From the human T2T-CHM13v2.0 reference genome, Homo sapiens, in NCBI RefSeq assembly GCF_009914755.1, contig NC_060934.1: a DNA stretch of 64,000 nt, one strand, 5' to 3'. Under the pieces are notes generated by a model that was given only the letters and a program-made list of their open reading frames with translations, was not told where the DNA came from and did not search any database. The position numbers were made by a program, and so were the translations under genes. Below, piece after piece: positions 14,346 through 31,295 of the stretch. Positions within the stretch are counted from its first letter, which is position 1, and every line of letters begins with the position of its first letter.

Positions 14346-17300
14346 TCAGACTCAACAGGTTTAAGACTTACAACTTCTCTTCCTCCATATTCTCTTTATC
14401 TTCAAGATTATTTTTTTGGACTCATTGTAGTCCAAAATTTGAAGGACTCAAATTCTCTACCCCTTACATTGTAACCATAGTCAATTAATCATTCTAAGAT
14501 TCAGTTTCATAATCTGTAAGATGGAAAAAATGTAGTACCTTTCCTAACATAAGGAAACATCAGACAAAATGTGAATATGGGATGTAATACCACGGACTAG
14601 ATTTACCCTCTAGCTGTAAACAAATAGAAAACCCTCCTAGGGTTGTTTTCAGTATTAAAATAGTATTTACAAAGCCCTTGAAACAGGACCCCATGTAAAG
14701 TAAGATTTTTTTAAAGTGTCTGCTTTATTGTTGAATATGGATATGAAGTTGTCAGATGAAGCTTGCAATGATGCTTAAATGCTTATATTATAAAAAGCAG
14801 TTCTCAAATCAGTACTTTTAAGATTGCATTTTAAGAAACTAAAAGAAAGAATAGCTCCAAAACAAGCAATGAGAAGAAAATAAAGATAAAATAGGAAGCA
14901 TTGAAATATAAAAGTGTAAAACATTAGAGAAAAGTAAGAGAAATTAAAATCTTGTTTTTTTGAAAAGATCACTAATAGTGATAAAATTCTAGCCAGACTG
15001 ATTAGAAAAAAGAAGACACAAATGAGATTAATAGGAATGAAAGAGGAGAGATGAGTATAGATTCTATAGACATTAAATTGGACAACTTAGATTATTAAAT
15101 GAGCAATTTCCTTGAAAAACACAAACTAACAAAGCCTGTTTAAGAAGAAATAGTTGCCAAACAGCCCTATGTTTATAAGAGAATGTAGATTTATAATTAA
15201 AACATTCCCTCAAAAAGAAAACAACTCATCATAGAAGACTTCACTGAGATAGTCTATGAAACATTTAAAGATGAATATCATTTCCATACACTCTTTCTGA
15301 AAATAAGAGGGAACACTGTTGCAACTCATTTTATGTCAGCATTACTCTAATATGAAAGAAAACTACAGTCCAGTATTCCTTATAAAATAGATGGAAAAAT
15401 CTTCAATGAAATTTTAGCTAGCTGAATCAATACATAAAAAGGATAATATTTTATGACCAAGCGGGATTTATTCCATGAATGCAAGGGTGGTTTAACATTT
15501 GAAAATCAATCAGTGTAATTAGCCATATGAACCAACTAAGAAAGAAAACTATATGATTATTTCAGTATATTCAGAAAAGTCATTTAACAGAATTAGTACC
15601 ATTAATGATAAAAACTCTCAAACTAGGATTTAAAGGGAACTTTCTCAACCTGTCTGTCAAAGGACAACTAGTAAAATCCTATAATATATATATCATGCTT
15701 AGTGATGAAAGACTGAATGCTTTCTCTCTTAAGATCATGAACAGGCACCACTTCTATTCGGCATTGTATGGAAATTATAGTTAGGGCAGTGGAGCAAGAA
15801 AAAGAATTCAAAGGCATTCAAATTGGAAATGAAAAAATAAATTGCTTTTGTATACAGAAAATCCCAATACACAAAAAAAGCCTACTAAGATGAATAAGTG
15901 AGTCTATTACAAAATCATTATACAGAAATTCATTGCATTTCTACATACTAGTAATGGGTAATTGGAAATTTAAATACAAACAAATTAAAATAAAAATATT
16001 AGCATTCAAAATCTTAATGCTTATGGAGAAGTTAAACAAAATTATGTAAAGCCTGTATGTTAGAAATTATTATACAGGCCTATGGAAACAAGTGTCATGT
16101 CTGTGAATCAAAAAACTCAAAATTACTATAATACCATTTCTCCCCAAATTGATGTATACCATAAATGCAATTCTAGTCAATATCTTTGCAGGCCTTTTTT
16201 GTAAAAATTGACAAGCTTAGTTCTGATATTTATATAAAAATACAAAGGACCTAGAATAGCTGACAATTTTAAAAAAGAACAAAGTTTAATGACTTAAATT
16301 GCCTGATTTTCACACTTACTAGAAAGCTACATTACTCAAGACAGTGTGGTATTGGCCGAAGGATAAACATATTATTAATGGTATAGAAAATAGTTCAGAA
16401 ATAGGCCCAGACACATATATTTATCTGATTTTCAGCAAAACTGCTAAGGCAATTCAGTGGAGGAAACTGGTAATCTTTTTAACAAATGATTTTTGGACAA
16501 TTGGACATCTGAATGCAAAACAATGAATCTTAACCTTTAAGTGGGCAATGATTTCTTAGACATACAGAACCAAACTGTGAAAGAAAAAATAAACCAGCTG
16601 TACATCATCCAAATTAAAAACTTTTGATCTTCAAAAGTCACTGTTAACACAATTCCTATCAAAATCTTAGCATTATTTTTTGTAGACATGGACAAATTTA
16701 TTCTAAAATGTATATAGAATTATGAAGTAACTGGAAACAATTTTGAGTAAGAAGAATAGAGCTGAAAAAAATCACACCACTAGATTCTAACTAAGACGTA
16801 ACATACAGCATTATACTCAGGACACTGTGGTATTGATCAAAAGATAGATCAGTGAAACAGAATTAAAAGTCCAGAAGTAGACCCGTACAAGTAGAGCCAA
16901 CTGAAGTTTGACAAAGATGCAAAAGTAATTCAGTGGGGAGAAATGATGCTTTTTGCAACAAATGGTATTAGTATAATTAGATAATAACCAAAGAAATAAA
17001 CTTTGACTTAAAACTCTTATACAACAGTTATCATAGATCTAAATGTAAAGTGTGAACTATAAAACTTTTATAAGGAAACAAAAGAGAAGATCTTTTTGAT
17101 CTAGGGCCAGGTGAACATTTCTTGTACCAAATCCATAAAGGAGAAAAAAATAATGACTTGGGCTTCATCAAAATTAAAAACTTTTACTCTGTGAAAGACA
17201 CTGTTAAGAGCATAAAAAGGCAAGCCACAGACTGGAAGAAAATACTTGGAAATCGCATGTCTGATAAATGTGTATCCCGAATATATTTTAAAAGTCTCTA

Positions 17301-18214
17301 AACTCAACAGTAGGAAATAAGACAATGCAATTAGAAAATGAGTAAAACACTGAACAGACACTTCACCAAAGAGTATATAGATGACAAAGAAGCACATGAA
17401 AAGATGCTCAACATGATTAGCTACTAGGAAAATGCAAATTTAAAGCCATGATGAGATATGACACACGTACTAGAATGGCTAAAATTAAAAGTACTGGCAA
17501 AACGAAGAGTTGGTAAGAATGTAGAGGAACTAGATCTTTCACACATTGCTGGTGGAAGTGCAAAATGATACAGCACTCTGGAAAACAGTTTGCCAGTTTC
17601 TTATAAAATTAAACATGGAGTTACCATATCTTACTCCTGGATATTTACCCTAAAGAATTGAAAACTTATATTCACACAAAAACATGTACACAAAGCCTTA
17701 GAACAGCTTTGTCATAGCCAGCAAGAGGTGAATAGATAGCAAATTGTCATACATTCATACAATGAATAATATTCAGTAAGAAAAAGAGCAAGCTATTGAT
17801 ATACCAACACCTTGGAGAATCTTAAGGGCATTATACTGAGTGAAATAGCTATTCAGTTCTTTTCCCTATTATAAAAATACGGCTGTCTTCTTATGAGTTT
17901 TAAGCCTATATACATTCCAGATACACATCCTTTGTCAGATGTTTTACAACTATTTTTTTCCCAGTCTGTGGCTTGCCTTTCCATTTTCTTAACAGTGTCT
18001 TTTTATTTTGAAATAATTTTAGGCTCACATAGAAGTTACAAAATATTACAGTTTCTGGGTACCTTTCACCCAGCAACAGCATTTGACAAACCATAGTACA
18101 ACTATCAAAATGAGGAAACTAACACTGGTATAAAACTATTAACCAAACTAGAAACTTTCCTCAGATTTCAAAAGATTTAAAAGATTACTTATGGTAATTT
18201 TAATTTGTATAACC

Positions 18215-18510
18215 TTTTTTTTTTTTTGAGACAGTCTCACTCTGTTGCCCAGGATAGCATGCAGTAGTGCTATCATAGCTCACTGCAGCCTCTGACTCCT
18301 GGGCTGAAGTGATCCTTCTGCCTCAGCCTCCCAAATAGCTAGGACTATAGATGTGCACTACTACTGTGGCAGATTTTTTTTTTCTTTCATTTTTTATAGA
18401 GATGGGGTCTCTCTATGTTGCCTAGGCTGGTCTCGAACTCCTGGGCTCAAGGAGTCCTTCTGTCTTGGCCTTCCAAAGTGCCAGGATTATAGATATGAGC
18501 CACTACTACT
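18215..18510 (-). mobile_element. Alu (AluJ-like)
   Basis: Antisense, diverged Alu consensus. Confidence 0.9.
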
Positions 18511-18629
18511 AACCTATAACTTTTTAAATGAAAAAAATGATAGTGACAAAGAACAGATTAGTAGTTGCCGCAGGTAGACTTGGGAGGAGTATGTGATTAT
18601 AAAGGGATGGCATGAAGATGTTTCTTTGA

Positions 18630-18953
<324 letters not shown>

Positions 18954-21900
18954 TAGTTCAGTATTCTGATTGTAGTGGAGGTTATACTAATATAAAGTAT
19001 GTGATAAATTTGTATAGAACTATACACACACAGGGCATGTAAAAACTGGTAAAATCTGAGGAAAGTTTCTAGTTTGATTAATAGTTTTATACCAGTGTTA
19101 GTTTCCTCATTTTGATAGTTGTACTATGGTTTGTCAGATGTTGTTGCTGGGTGAAAGGTACCCAGAAACTGTAATATTTTTGTAACTTCTATGTGAGTCT
19201 GAAATTATTTCAAAATAAAAAGACATTGTTAAGAAAATGGAAAGGCAAGCCACAGACTGGGAAAAAATAGTTGCAAAACATCTGACAAAGGATGTGTATC
19301 TAGAATGTATAGTCTTAAAACTCATAAGAAGACAGCCGTATTTTTACAATAGGGAAAAGAACTGAATAGCTATTTCACCAAAAATAATTACATAAACGGC
19401 ATATAAGCCCATGAAAAGGTGCTCACCTTCATTAGTTATTAGGAAATGTAAATGTAAACCACCATGAAATACCACTGTACACCCACTAGTATAGATAAAA
19501 TTAAATGGCAATCCGAAGAATGTGGAACAACTGGACCTCTCACATGTTGCTGGTGCAAATGAAAAATGATATGGCCTCTTTGCAAGACAGTTTGACAATT
19601 TCTTAAAAATGTAGGGCTCAGCAATTCCACTCCTAGATAATTAAACGAAGATGAATGAAGAAAAAGTGAAATTCATACCAGCATCATTTATAATAACCCT
19701 AAAACTGTAAACAGTTGAAATGTCCAAGTGGTACGTCCACACAATGAAATTTATTCCCTAGTAAAAGGACTCCAGCATGGATGAATCTCAAAATCATTAG
19801 AACAAATGAAAGACGCCAAACAAAAATTACATGCTGTGTGATTTCATTTATATGCAGATCTAGAAAAGGCACAATAACCAATTCAGTGGTTGCTAGGAGT
19901 TGGGGGGCAAGGGGTAGAGAGTGGAGATTGACCATATAGGGAATGTATTGAAGTAATGGGAATGTTTTATATCATGATTTTCCTGATGATGGTTACGTAA
20001 TTGTATACATTAATCGAAACTCATCAAATTGTACAGTTGGTACAATTTTTAGGTCCTTTGCATTCGATTTGTTTTTTTCTGCCTAGAAAGCTCTCTCCTC
20101 TCCCTGTCTGGTTGACTCATATTCAGTGTTCAGATCTTGCTTAAACGTCATGTTGTCAGGAGTATCTGTTCCTGAGCCCAGACTGGCATAGGCTTCTTTG
20201 ACATCCTGCCGCTTTCCTTCATTGTCCTTACCACAGCTGTAGTTTCAGTCAGGCAGGTAGCCATCAGCTTAAGGTCTCTTTTTCTGTCCTAGCTGCAACA
20301 CTGTGAGGAGCCAGATGCTGATTACCATCTTGTTAACAGTACGTAGCATGGTGCTTAAATCAGGTTTGAATATTGCATGACTGAGTATAAGTGAGTAGAG
20401 AGTTGTGTGTCTTCTGTTCTTGTAAGTGGCAGCTGTGGCTTCTGCCAAGGGTACTACTAGCTGGGGCTGCCTGCTTAACCTTGGAGCCTGTCTGCCTGCC
20501 TCTGCCCTGCTCCTGGGGAGTTGTGACTATCCATGCTCATCTGCCTGCCATAGCCTTTGTTCAGACTTCTTGTCACCGTGAATCCCACTCCTGTGGCCGG
20601 GCCACCCTGTTCTGAGAACAGAAAGGAGCTTTTCCTTGCTGTTATTCTTTTAGCAGAAAAGGAAACCTGCCCTACTGCATGCATGTTCCTGGATCTACTC
20701 AAGCTTTTTCTTTTTTTCCAGCAAGTGGAGAAACTCTGAAACACAGTGTTTTGTTACCTGCTTTGGTAACAATATATCACCTCCTGTGAAGCACCAGAGT
20801 ACCCCTTTGTCTCCTGATTATCTTAATCTTTTTGAGAGAGACATATGACTCCTCCAAGTAAGGTTAGGAATCCTAATCTGCAGGTAGTCTGAATGCTTGG
20901 GTGGAAGGTTTAACCTTCCCAAAGGTGAAAACACCATCAACTTTGTGCTCAGCCTCTGCTCATATTTGCAGATTATCAGAGATCATTATTACTGTCTCCA
21001 TGTCCCCCGCTGACCCAGTTTCCAGGATAAATGTGTAGAATAATTAATAAAGGGCTTGACAGCCAACACTCCTCTTCCACTCTTCCCACTTCTCTTCTTC
21101 CTTATTTCACTACTGTAGTAGGTAAGAGGGAATTCAGGTTATGGTAGGAAAATGATTAGGATGAACAATCCCTGTATGTGAGCATTGTGTGAACATAGCT
21201 CAGTGTTTAAATCATTACCAAAGCTCCTTTCTTTATTATGGGCTGTCCACTTAAGAAGAATTTATGAGTCTTGTCATTTCAGACAGTCTTCCCTGGAGCA
21301 CTACATGACTAGTCCAGTTAGTGATTTTAGAAATGTTTCTCTGGACCTTTTAAAATGTATCCAAGTCTAATTCCTCATTTGTTTCTAGTTTATTTGTCCT
21401 CGGTTTTACAGCTTACATAGTTTGGAGTTTCCTGTTTAGTTTTGTTTATTTTTAACTCCTTTAGGCCTAAGACTCTTCATTGTTTCTCTTTCATCTGAGT
21501 CATTATAATAGTCTCTCAAAAGTTCATATTCCACTCTTGCTCCCCCTTTCTCCTGCAGTACAATCTACATGTCGCAGCCAAGGATCAGGTCAAGGCATTC
21601 TCATGCTCTCTCCAGTGGCTCACCTTCTTACCTAGTTTGTGATCTGGCCCCAGGACATGCAGACTGCCTAGTAGGCAATTAATATCTGCTGAATTAATTC
21701 TTTGTATTGTAAGTCATATCAGGATTTCTTGGGGGTTAGCATTATCTTAAAACCACAAAAAACAATAACTTTAGACCTAATTGGTTTCATGACTTATTGA
21801 GGAGGCGAGGAATAGGTTAAAGCTGCTTTGCATACATTTTGGAATAGTCTCTTTTGTCTAGTAAGGATGGATAAGTTTGTTAATAACCAGTATTCACATG

Positions 21901-22707
21901 GGTAGAAAAAAAGTGTCTTGATTTTTAATCCTACAAGTAGTAAAGGAATGGTAGTCAGAAGTTGAATCGTACTTTTAATGCCTCAGGCAGGATAGAATAG
22001 TATTGTTTTGTTTTGTATCCCAATATGCCTAACTACTTCTCTCTCTCTCCTTTCTGTTTTGCTTCTCATCCTTTCACCCATTACAGTCTCAGTATGTGTG
22101 TTACACCAGGAGGTTGCCTTGGCAGGTCAGAGGATCTGTCACAGTGAAGGCACTGTGGTACCCTTTGTTTTTTAGGCAAGGATGACACATGCTAGTCAAC
22201 TTATTTCCATTTGTTGTTCCCTCCACTTGGCACTAAATGAGACTTAACCATTTTTGAATCAAAGTTTATAAATTTCTTACAAAAATTAAGGTTTTTATTC
22301 TCTATAATAAGCACATGAGAAAGACTGGTTTTAAATTTTAAACTGTGGAGTGACGTAAAAACATGTTTAATTTTAATTATTTGCTTTCTTTTGTTCGTCT
22401 TGTAAGTTATTAATGTATTAATACTGGTAACTTCTAGATTGGAGGAATGATTTATCCTAATGTTTCTTTTTTAAAAAAAACTATCAGTCATTCATATGGC
22501 ATATGCTAATCAAGGCTCTGCGGTATTTTTTTTCTTATGTTTTTTAATGAAGCAGCTCTTTTCATGATCTAGCAGTCTGTGTTACTATCAGTAAGTAAAC
22601 AGTAAGGACTCAAATTTTAAGATTAAAACAAGTTCATTTTGTTAACATCATGTTTTGTTGCATCTTGCAGCTTCTTGGTGAATTTTTGGATGAAGCCATT
22701 AAATTAA

Positions 22708-22842
<135 letters not shown>

Positions 22843-23033
22843 TAAGTGTTTACTTCCAAAAATTAGGCAAAGAATCATTAACTGCTACCTTTTCTCCTCT
22901 CGTAATTTAGATACCTTGGCAAATATTTAACTTGCTTTGAAAAATTAAATTAAAACTAAAAATTAAACGAAAACTATTCCACAGTAAATTGTTTGCTTCA
23001 GGATCAATGGTCTTTTCTTTATTATTATTATTA

Positions 23034-23232
23034 AAGGTTGAGTATCCCTTATCTGAAATGCTTAGGACCAGAAGTGTCAGATTTTGGAATATTTGCATTG
23101 GTTGAGCATTCCAAATTCAAATCAGAAATACTTCAGTGAACATTTCCTTTGAGCATCATGTCAGTGCCCCCAAAATTTAGATTCTCGAGCATTTTAGATT
23201 TCATATTTTCAGATTTGGGATAATAACCTGTA
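23034..23232. mobile_element. MER46A/Tigger4a-like DNA transposon
   Basis: aggttgagtatcccttatctgaaatgctt...aacctgta terminal inverted repeats. Confidence 0.8.
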
Positions 23233-23789
23233 TTATTCATAAGATACAACTCTATAAACTAGCACTGCCATCTTTAAGTATAAACTATGATTAAATACTT
23301 GGGCATAGCCATTGAAGACAAATATCTCTATCAGCAAAGAATAAGTGGCATGCTTGTTAATTTCATGTATACATGTATTCCCATAGATAATTGTTTAATA
23401 AGAAGCTTCACTTAGTCATCACTTTCACACTATAATGAAGCGTGGAATTTCAGAAATCTTATTCTATACTGGGGAATGAAGTCAGCTAATATCTCACTGT
23501 GTGTGTTTCAAAATTCATCCATATGTTTAAAATTGATTTATTAGCTAATTTCTACAAAAGCCTCAGGCTATATCAGCATAATTCTTTATAAACTGAAATG
23601 CAGATCACTCTTTGGGATAGTTCTGATACTGATTGCAGATCACTAAATTAGCATAATAATAAACTAGTGTTTTGGGGAATTATAAGCCTCACTCAAGAAT
23701 AATTATATTTTTATTACCTCTTCTTGAAACAAATTTCAGAATCTATTCTAAACAAAATGTAAACTGTTAAGTATTTATAATCCAGTATT

Positions 23790-24225
23790 TCTCCTAGGTT
23801 CTAAAAAAACTGTTTTACATGTGCACAGGGAGTCATGCATAGGATTGGTGTTTGCAGCACCATTTATAACAGCAAAAATTGGAAATAGCATCAAATCTAT
23901 CAACAGAAGAATAAAAAATTGTGATACAGTCATGCTGTGAAATACTATATAACATTTTAAACGAACTGGAGCCATATGTGTCAACAAGGATAACCTCAGA
24001 AATGTAGTGCTGGGCTTCAAAGCAAGATGTAGAATATATATATACATCATTATACCATTTACATGTAGCTTAAAATATGCAAAGCAGTACCATATATTTA
24101 TGGATTATATATATGTACAAAAGATTAAAACATGCATAAATACCAAACTTAGGATGTTGTTTATCTCTGAGAAAATAGAGAAAAGAAAGGAGGTTTGACC
24201 TATAATATTATATTTCTTTCTAAAA
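23790..24225 (+). mobile_element. Old L1 3'UTR fragment
   Basis: gcagcaccatttataacagcaaaaattggaaatagc motif. Confidence 0.65.
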
Positions 24226-24237
24226 AATTCAGAGCAA

Positions 24238-24560
<323 letters not shown>

Positions 24561-24724
24561 TTAATAAATTTGCATAATAGAATGGCATTTATTATCTTTC
24601 CTGCATTCTTGAAGTAATTTACAATATCAAAAATTATAGAAGTTGGAGTCATTTTGTAAGCCGTTTTGACTGGCCTGTTCTCATTGTAACCAACCACATT
24701 TAACCAACCATAAATTAAATTTAA

Positions 24725-25147
<423 letters not shown>

Positions 25148-25201
25148 CTTCTGTATTTATTTTATTGTGTCCAAAAGGATAGAAGTAATGTGTTTACATA
25201 G

Positions 25202-25520
<319 letters not shown>

Positions 25521-25902
25521 TCGTATGCATTCTTTATCCTACCTTTTCTTGATGGAAGTACAAGGTTAAGGATTTATTTAGGCTTTAGGCTATCTAGTGG
25601 AGCTAAATAATTATGGATTTGTACATTGAGTGCCCACGATGTACTAGGTGGATCTTTGAGGCAACACAACGAACATGCAGGGTCTCTGTTGGCATAGTCC
25701 ACTGTCTATTTGGATCCATTAGCATTTTAGGAAATAGTTGCAAAAAAATATATGTTGTAATAGATATAGAAGACACATGTTGAGCGTCATAGACTTGGAA
25801 GGGATCCAGTTACTTGTCTTTGGAGAAAGTGAGAAATGTATATGACTGTTTCATGAATTCAGTTTACAGATTTTTGCTTGAAGTTTTTTTGTGTGTTTTT
25901 GA

Positions 25903-26079
<177 letters not shown>

Positions 26080-26166
26080 TGAAATCAAGATTTATTCATG
26101 AATATGTGAATATCAAAGACTAAATATTAGGGGCTTTAAATTGTTCTGTATTAAAACATTGTTTAA

Positions 26167-26199
<33 letters not shown>

Positions 26200-29100
26200 C
26201 TACAGGGTGATTTTCCTCAACTTTATTAAATTGTATCAGAAGAATGGCTTCTAAAATTTAGATTATATGATTTCCTGTCATTTAATTTACAAAAGGAGTT
26301 TTAAAAAGATAAGCGTTTGAGAAGAATTTTATTCAGCTTGATCTCATCTTCTGCTTTTTGTTCTCCGTCAGGCTGACATTTAGAAAACTGTAGCATTAGC
26401 ACAGAGATGAAATTGTTCCCATTATGCTTTGACACTCTGACTTTAATCATATTGAATATAAAATTTATATCACTTCTCCCTACCCCACTCCCACCTCTTT
26501 AAGTGATGGCAGTATTCACTGATCACTTTATGATGAGGATAGTGGGTTTAGCAGAAAGTGTTTGAAACTATCTAGAGGGTATTAACATGTTTCTAATTCT
26601 ATTTTCTAATGATTGCAAAGATAAGTCTTTATAAAGATATATAAGTTGCACTCATTTTGAGAATAAACAGTTATACTTTTTTAAACTTACATTAAGCTTA
26701 TTCATACTTTTGTGATTGTTCTAATGGAATGATTTCTTCAGTTGAGGAAATAAACTAGGAGTGAATTGTGTAAGGGACACTTTTAGGCAGTCCTAAACCG
26801 AAGGCATCTGACTAAAGACATTTCGTAGTGTTTGTCCAAAAGAGTTTATATAATATAATGAGCACAGTACCTTCTGACTACAGATAATACAATTTACCAC
26901 ATTTTGAGATCTAAATATGTGCAGGCCTCTGTGTATTGGAGTTACTGGGTTCATTATCAAGGGAAAAAAAATCATGGAAGTTCAGGATTAGGCCCTTTAT
27001 TTGGGGAGCTTACAATGGTGTTTTGAATACAAAACAGACATACAGAGAGTTAAATATCAAACATCACAAAGCAGTGGCCGTTTGTCAAATGATGATGGTG
27101 GCCCATATATTGAAATCTAAAAAGAGGGACGATTTCTGTGAGCTTTAATTAACTGGGAAGGCTTTGGGGAGGAGTAGACCTAGGCTGACTCTTAAAGATG
27201 GGGTAAAAATTGGATTGTTGAAGGAAAGGAGCCTTCAGAGAGGAAGAATGACGTAAAAAAGGTCCAGAGACAAAGATTAAACTTAGATAATAATAGGGAG
27301 GAAATTGTGGTAGCCATTCTTGTTCCAAGCGGGAACTTGATGTGTTGCTCATCACAGTTTTGCTGGTGGCATCCTGTCCATGGATAGAGCTGCTCGTGCC
27401 CCTTGTGGCCTGTGAACGCAGTTCCATGGCAGTGGTGGTGTTGCCTTAGTTTTTCCTTGGGGAGGAGTTCAGTTAATCCTACCTCTCAAGCCTGGGTGAC
27501 TGCAAAGAAAGGTGGTTCCTTCAACTGCATGGAGTATGACTAAGCATGTCTCACATGATTAGGCCTCTAGCAGGGGTGGCAGAGGTTTATCCAGGCAGAA
27601 CTCTCAGCACCTAGAAGAGTGTGGACAAGAGTAGGTACTCAGAATATATTTGTTCAGTGAGTGAGTATAAAGCTAAATATGGGAAAACTGGAAATGGTAA
27701 CTGAATTATTCCACTCACCCATGGATGGATGTTTTTGTAGTGTTTTGCCTTTTAAACAATTTCATCCTCTGTACAGATTGTCTCTTCACTGGTCTAAGCA
27801 TCTCTGGTTTTTCTCATTCTTTTCATAGATGGTCTTGAGTTTCTTTTTTAATCTTGGCCGTTTATCTCTGAACACACTTTGAAAGTGACCTAGCACACAC
27901 TACTGCATAAGCCACCTAGCACACAGTACTGCACGTCTGATCAAATCCTCTGAGAGGAGCTGAGGCATGTCATCTCTTAACTGTAGACATTAAAACCCTG
28001 TTTAGAAATTTCGTCCCCATCTGACTCCCGTTGTCTTTCTTTGTTACAGGCCTGCCTTACAGTTCCCATCTCACCCAGTCTTTATATTTTTTCTTTTGAT
28101 TATGGAGAATTAAGTATAGTACTTCATGTTTCTCCCTATTAAATTTCAAAGGTGAAATGTGGTTGCTCTTCCTGGTCTACTAGTGATTGCTGTGATTGCT
28201 TTTTTCTTCCTTGTTCTGACTTTTCACTTGTGGGCTTCACTTCCCAGTTTTGCTCAGGATATCTTTGTAATAGCTGGATTAATTCATTAGCAACTTTTGA
28301 GCATATTGCAGAAATTACGTGTCTAACTATCACAGTTATCCAGCTGTTTCCAATTCATCATCTTATTCACATGGATGTTATTATTAGAAACATTTTGTAA
28401 AATGCCATTTTGAAATCTTCATATACTGTGTCTGGTTGCATTTTTCTGATTTATTGCTATTGTTCTTTGTTGTTTTTATTCATGGAAGGAAATAGTATTT
28501 CTCAATGAACTTTTACCTGCTCTTGGTAATTGTTACTTCTTTTGAAGTAGTTATATACCACTACTAATCATTGACTTTTGCTTGGCTGTCCAGTCTATAA
28601 CTGATATAATTTCCTTTATTTCCCTTTTTGAAAAATGGGACAACTATCTGTTTGAATCTCTTTTATAACAGCTTTATTGAAATATAATTTCTGTGTCATG
28701 CAATTCACCCATTTGAAGTATACCATTCAGTGGTTTTTAGTATATTCAGTGATATGTGGGACCATCACTACAGTCAGTTCTAGAATAATTTTATCACCTC
28801 AGGATAAAAGAAAGAAATCTTTTATCCTTTAGCTGTCATTCCCCTACCTCCCATCCTTCTCAGTTCTAAACAACCACTAATCAATCTTCTTTCTGTCTCT
28901 ATATGCCTTTAATATTTAATACCTCTCTTCTACTCTAGGGCTTCCCAGATATTAATGAGAATAGATTTAGTATTTGTCCAAGTCTCCTATTGTGCATTGC
29001 ATGCGGTTGGTAGACTTGAACTTATTTAGAGCAGCCAGATGCTTTCTTATTATCATTTCCCTCTCTTAAATTTGTTTGGCCCTTTCTGGTGTATTATTTT

Positions 29101-29784
29101 TCCGAATTTATTCACTGAACAAATATTTAAATACCTTATGTAAAGCTGAATGCTTAAAAGAAAAACATCAATTCTGCCCTTATAAAGTTTATGCCTAAAA
29201 AACAAATTCCCATCCCCAAGTATCATCGTCAGCAAACATTTTTATATGTGTGTCATGTAACTTGCCATATACTAGGCAGTAAAAGTGATTAAGACACAGT
29301 TGTTTCTAATAAGGATTCTCTGTGGTAGGGATGAGGCTGATGTGAAAATGAGACTAGATTACAGTGTGCTGAATACCATAACAACATTAGAAGATAACTG
29401 GGGACAAAGTAGAGAGAATAGTCAACTCTGTCAAGAACTAGGAGTTGTCAGAATCTACAAAAGAGGTTCACCTGGAAGATAATTAAGTTGAGTAGATAAA
29501 TGACAAGCATAGGGAATAGTATGTTTAAAAGCATCAAAACATTTTAAAAATGACATTCTTAAAACTAGCATAGCTAAAGTATGAAGTGTAATATAGGACT
29601 TAGCAGGAGATGAAGTGAGTTGATGGCATATCATGGAGGCTTTTGAATATACTGCAAGGGAGTTTCAGAATATATTTGTTGGCTTTAAATTTTTGAGGAG
29701 GTAAGTAATATGATCAGGTCTTTCTTTTACCATATTATAGGCAGTAAATGGTAGCTGGATTTGTAGAAAACCATCGTTAGTGAC

Positions 29785-30191
29785 CCTTAATCAGCTCAGG
29801 CCACCATAACAAAATACTGTACACTGGGTGTCTTAAACAACAGAGATTTATTTCTCACAATTCTGTAGGCTGGGAAGTTCAAGATCAAGTTGCTGGTCAA
29901 TTTGATTCTTGATGAGGGCCTGCTTCCTGACTTGGAGGTGGCCAACTTTTCACCTTGTCCTCATTTGCCTTTCTTCAGTGTGTGCTCAAGGAGAGGGAGA
30001 GAAAAATTGCTCTTTTCGTCTTCCCTTGTTTTAGGCCACTAATTCCATTATGAGCGCCCCACTCTCATGACCTAATCTAACCCTTATTACCTTCCAAAGG
30101 CCCCATTTCCAAATACTATCACATTGGGTGCTAGGAGTTAAACATATGAATTGTGTGGGGTGTGTGTGTGAGGGACAATCAATCTGTAACA
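29785..30191 (-). mobile_element. MLT1 (MaLR) LTR
   Basis: ataacaaaatac...aaacaacagagatttatttctcacaattctg...ctcatgacctaatctaaccc. Confidence 0.85.
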
Positions 30192-30948
30192 CTAGTGTTA
30201 GAAGGAATTACAGCATGAACAGTCTAGATGTTAGTCTTCAAGCTGTTTATAGCACAGGGAATGGAAAAAAGAGATTGAAGGTCAGATTGACAGTAGAATG
30301 GACAGCATTCTATGAGTATTTATTATGGTGCATATACTGAAAAAGGAGTTAAAAATCACCCTGAGCCTTCTTTTGTAAAAGAGAGGGCACACTGGAAAAG
30401 TAAGGGGTTTGGGTAGGAATGAAAATGAATTCAGTGTTACCTTATTTTGTGAGATGTCCATGCAAAAAGTGAAAAGAAATGGGTTAAACACAATAGTGTG
30501 AGAAGGGATATGCTTATGGATGAACCAGTGAAATAGACTGGGAATGAAGAAAACTGGGCAAGTGCAGTATTATGAAAAACCAAGGGAGGAAAGGGCTGAG
30601 ATTATATAGAGATACTGAATTGGAAAAGAACTGGTAGAAGGGATTTAAGATTTGCTGATAAATTATGTAGAGGTTTGTATAATGTAAGTGCTTGATAATT
30701 GACTGTTCATAAATGGAATTACAGATAAATGGGTTACAGATACTCTGTGCCTCCACCTATCCATCCCCTCCTCCAACTCCTGCCCATAAAGTTGCAATAT
30801 ATAAAATGAAAGCAATTAACTTGAGCTTAGAATGTAAAGAAAGATTTTAAACTGATGGTAGTTTTTTTTAACTCATGTATTTGTAGTTCCCAAATTAAAA
30901 TATTATGAAGTAATTTCTAATTTTTCTGTCTCTCGACTTTTATTATAG

Positions 30949-31007
30949 ATAATTGGCCTTTTGAATGTTTTCACACCACAGAAATCCCTAGAAGAATTTC
31001 AAGATGT
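30949..31007 (+). CDS. MAPK8: JNK1 coding exon 3: IIGLLNVFTPQKSLEEFQDV
   Basis: tatag| acceptor, |gtaagt donor, 59 nt. Confidence 0.97.
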
Positions 31008-31097
31008 GTAAGTGTAATAATTAAAATTTTGTTAAGTTAGTACATTTTTCTTAGATTGCTGCTGGACACTTTAGCTGTTCTCTTTTTTCACTCATAA

Positions 31098-31295
<198 letters not shown>

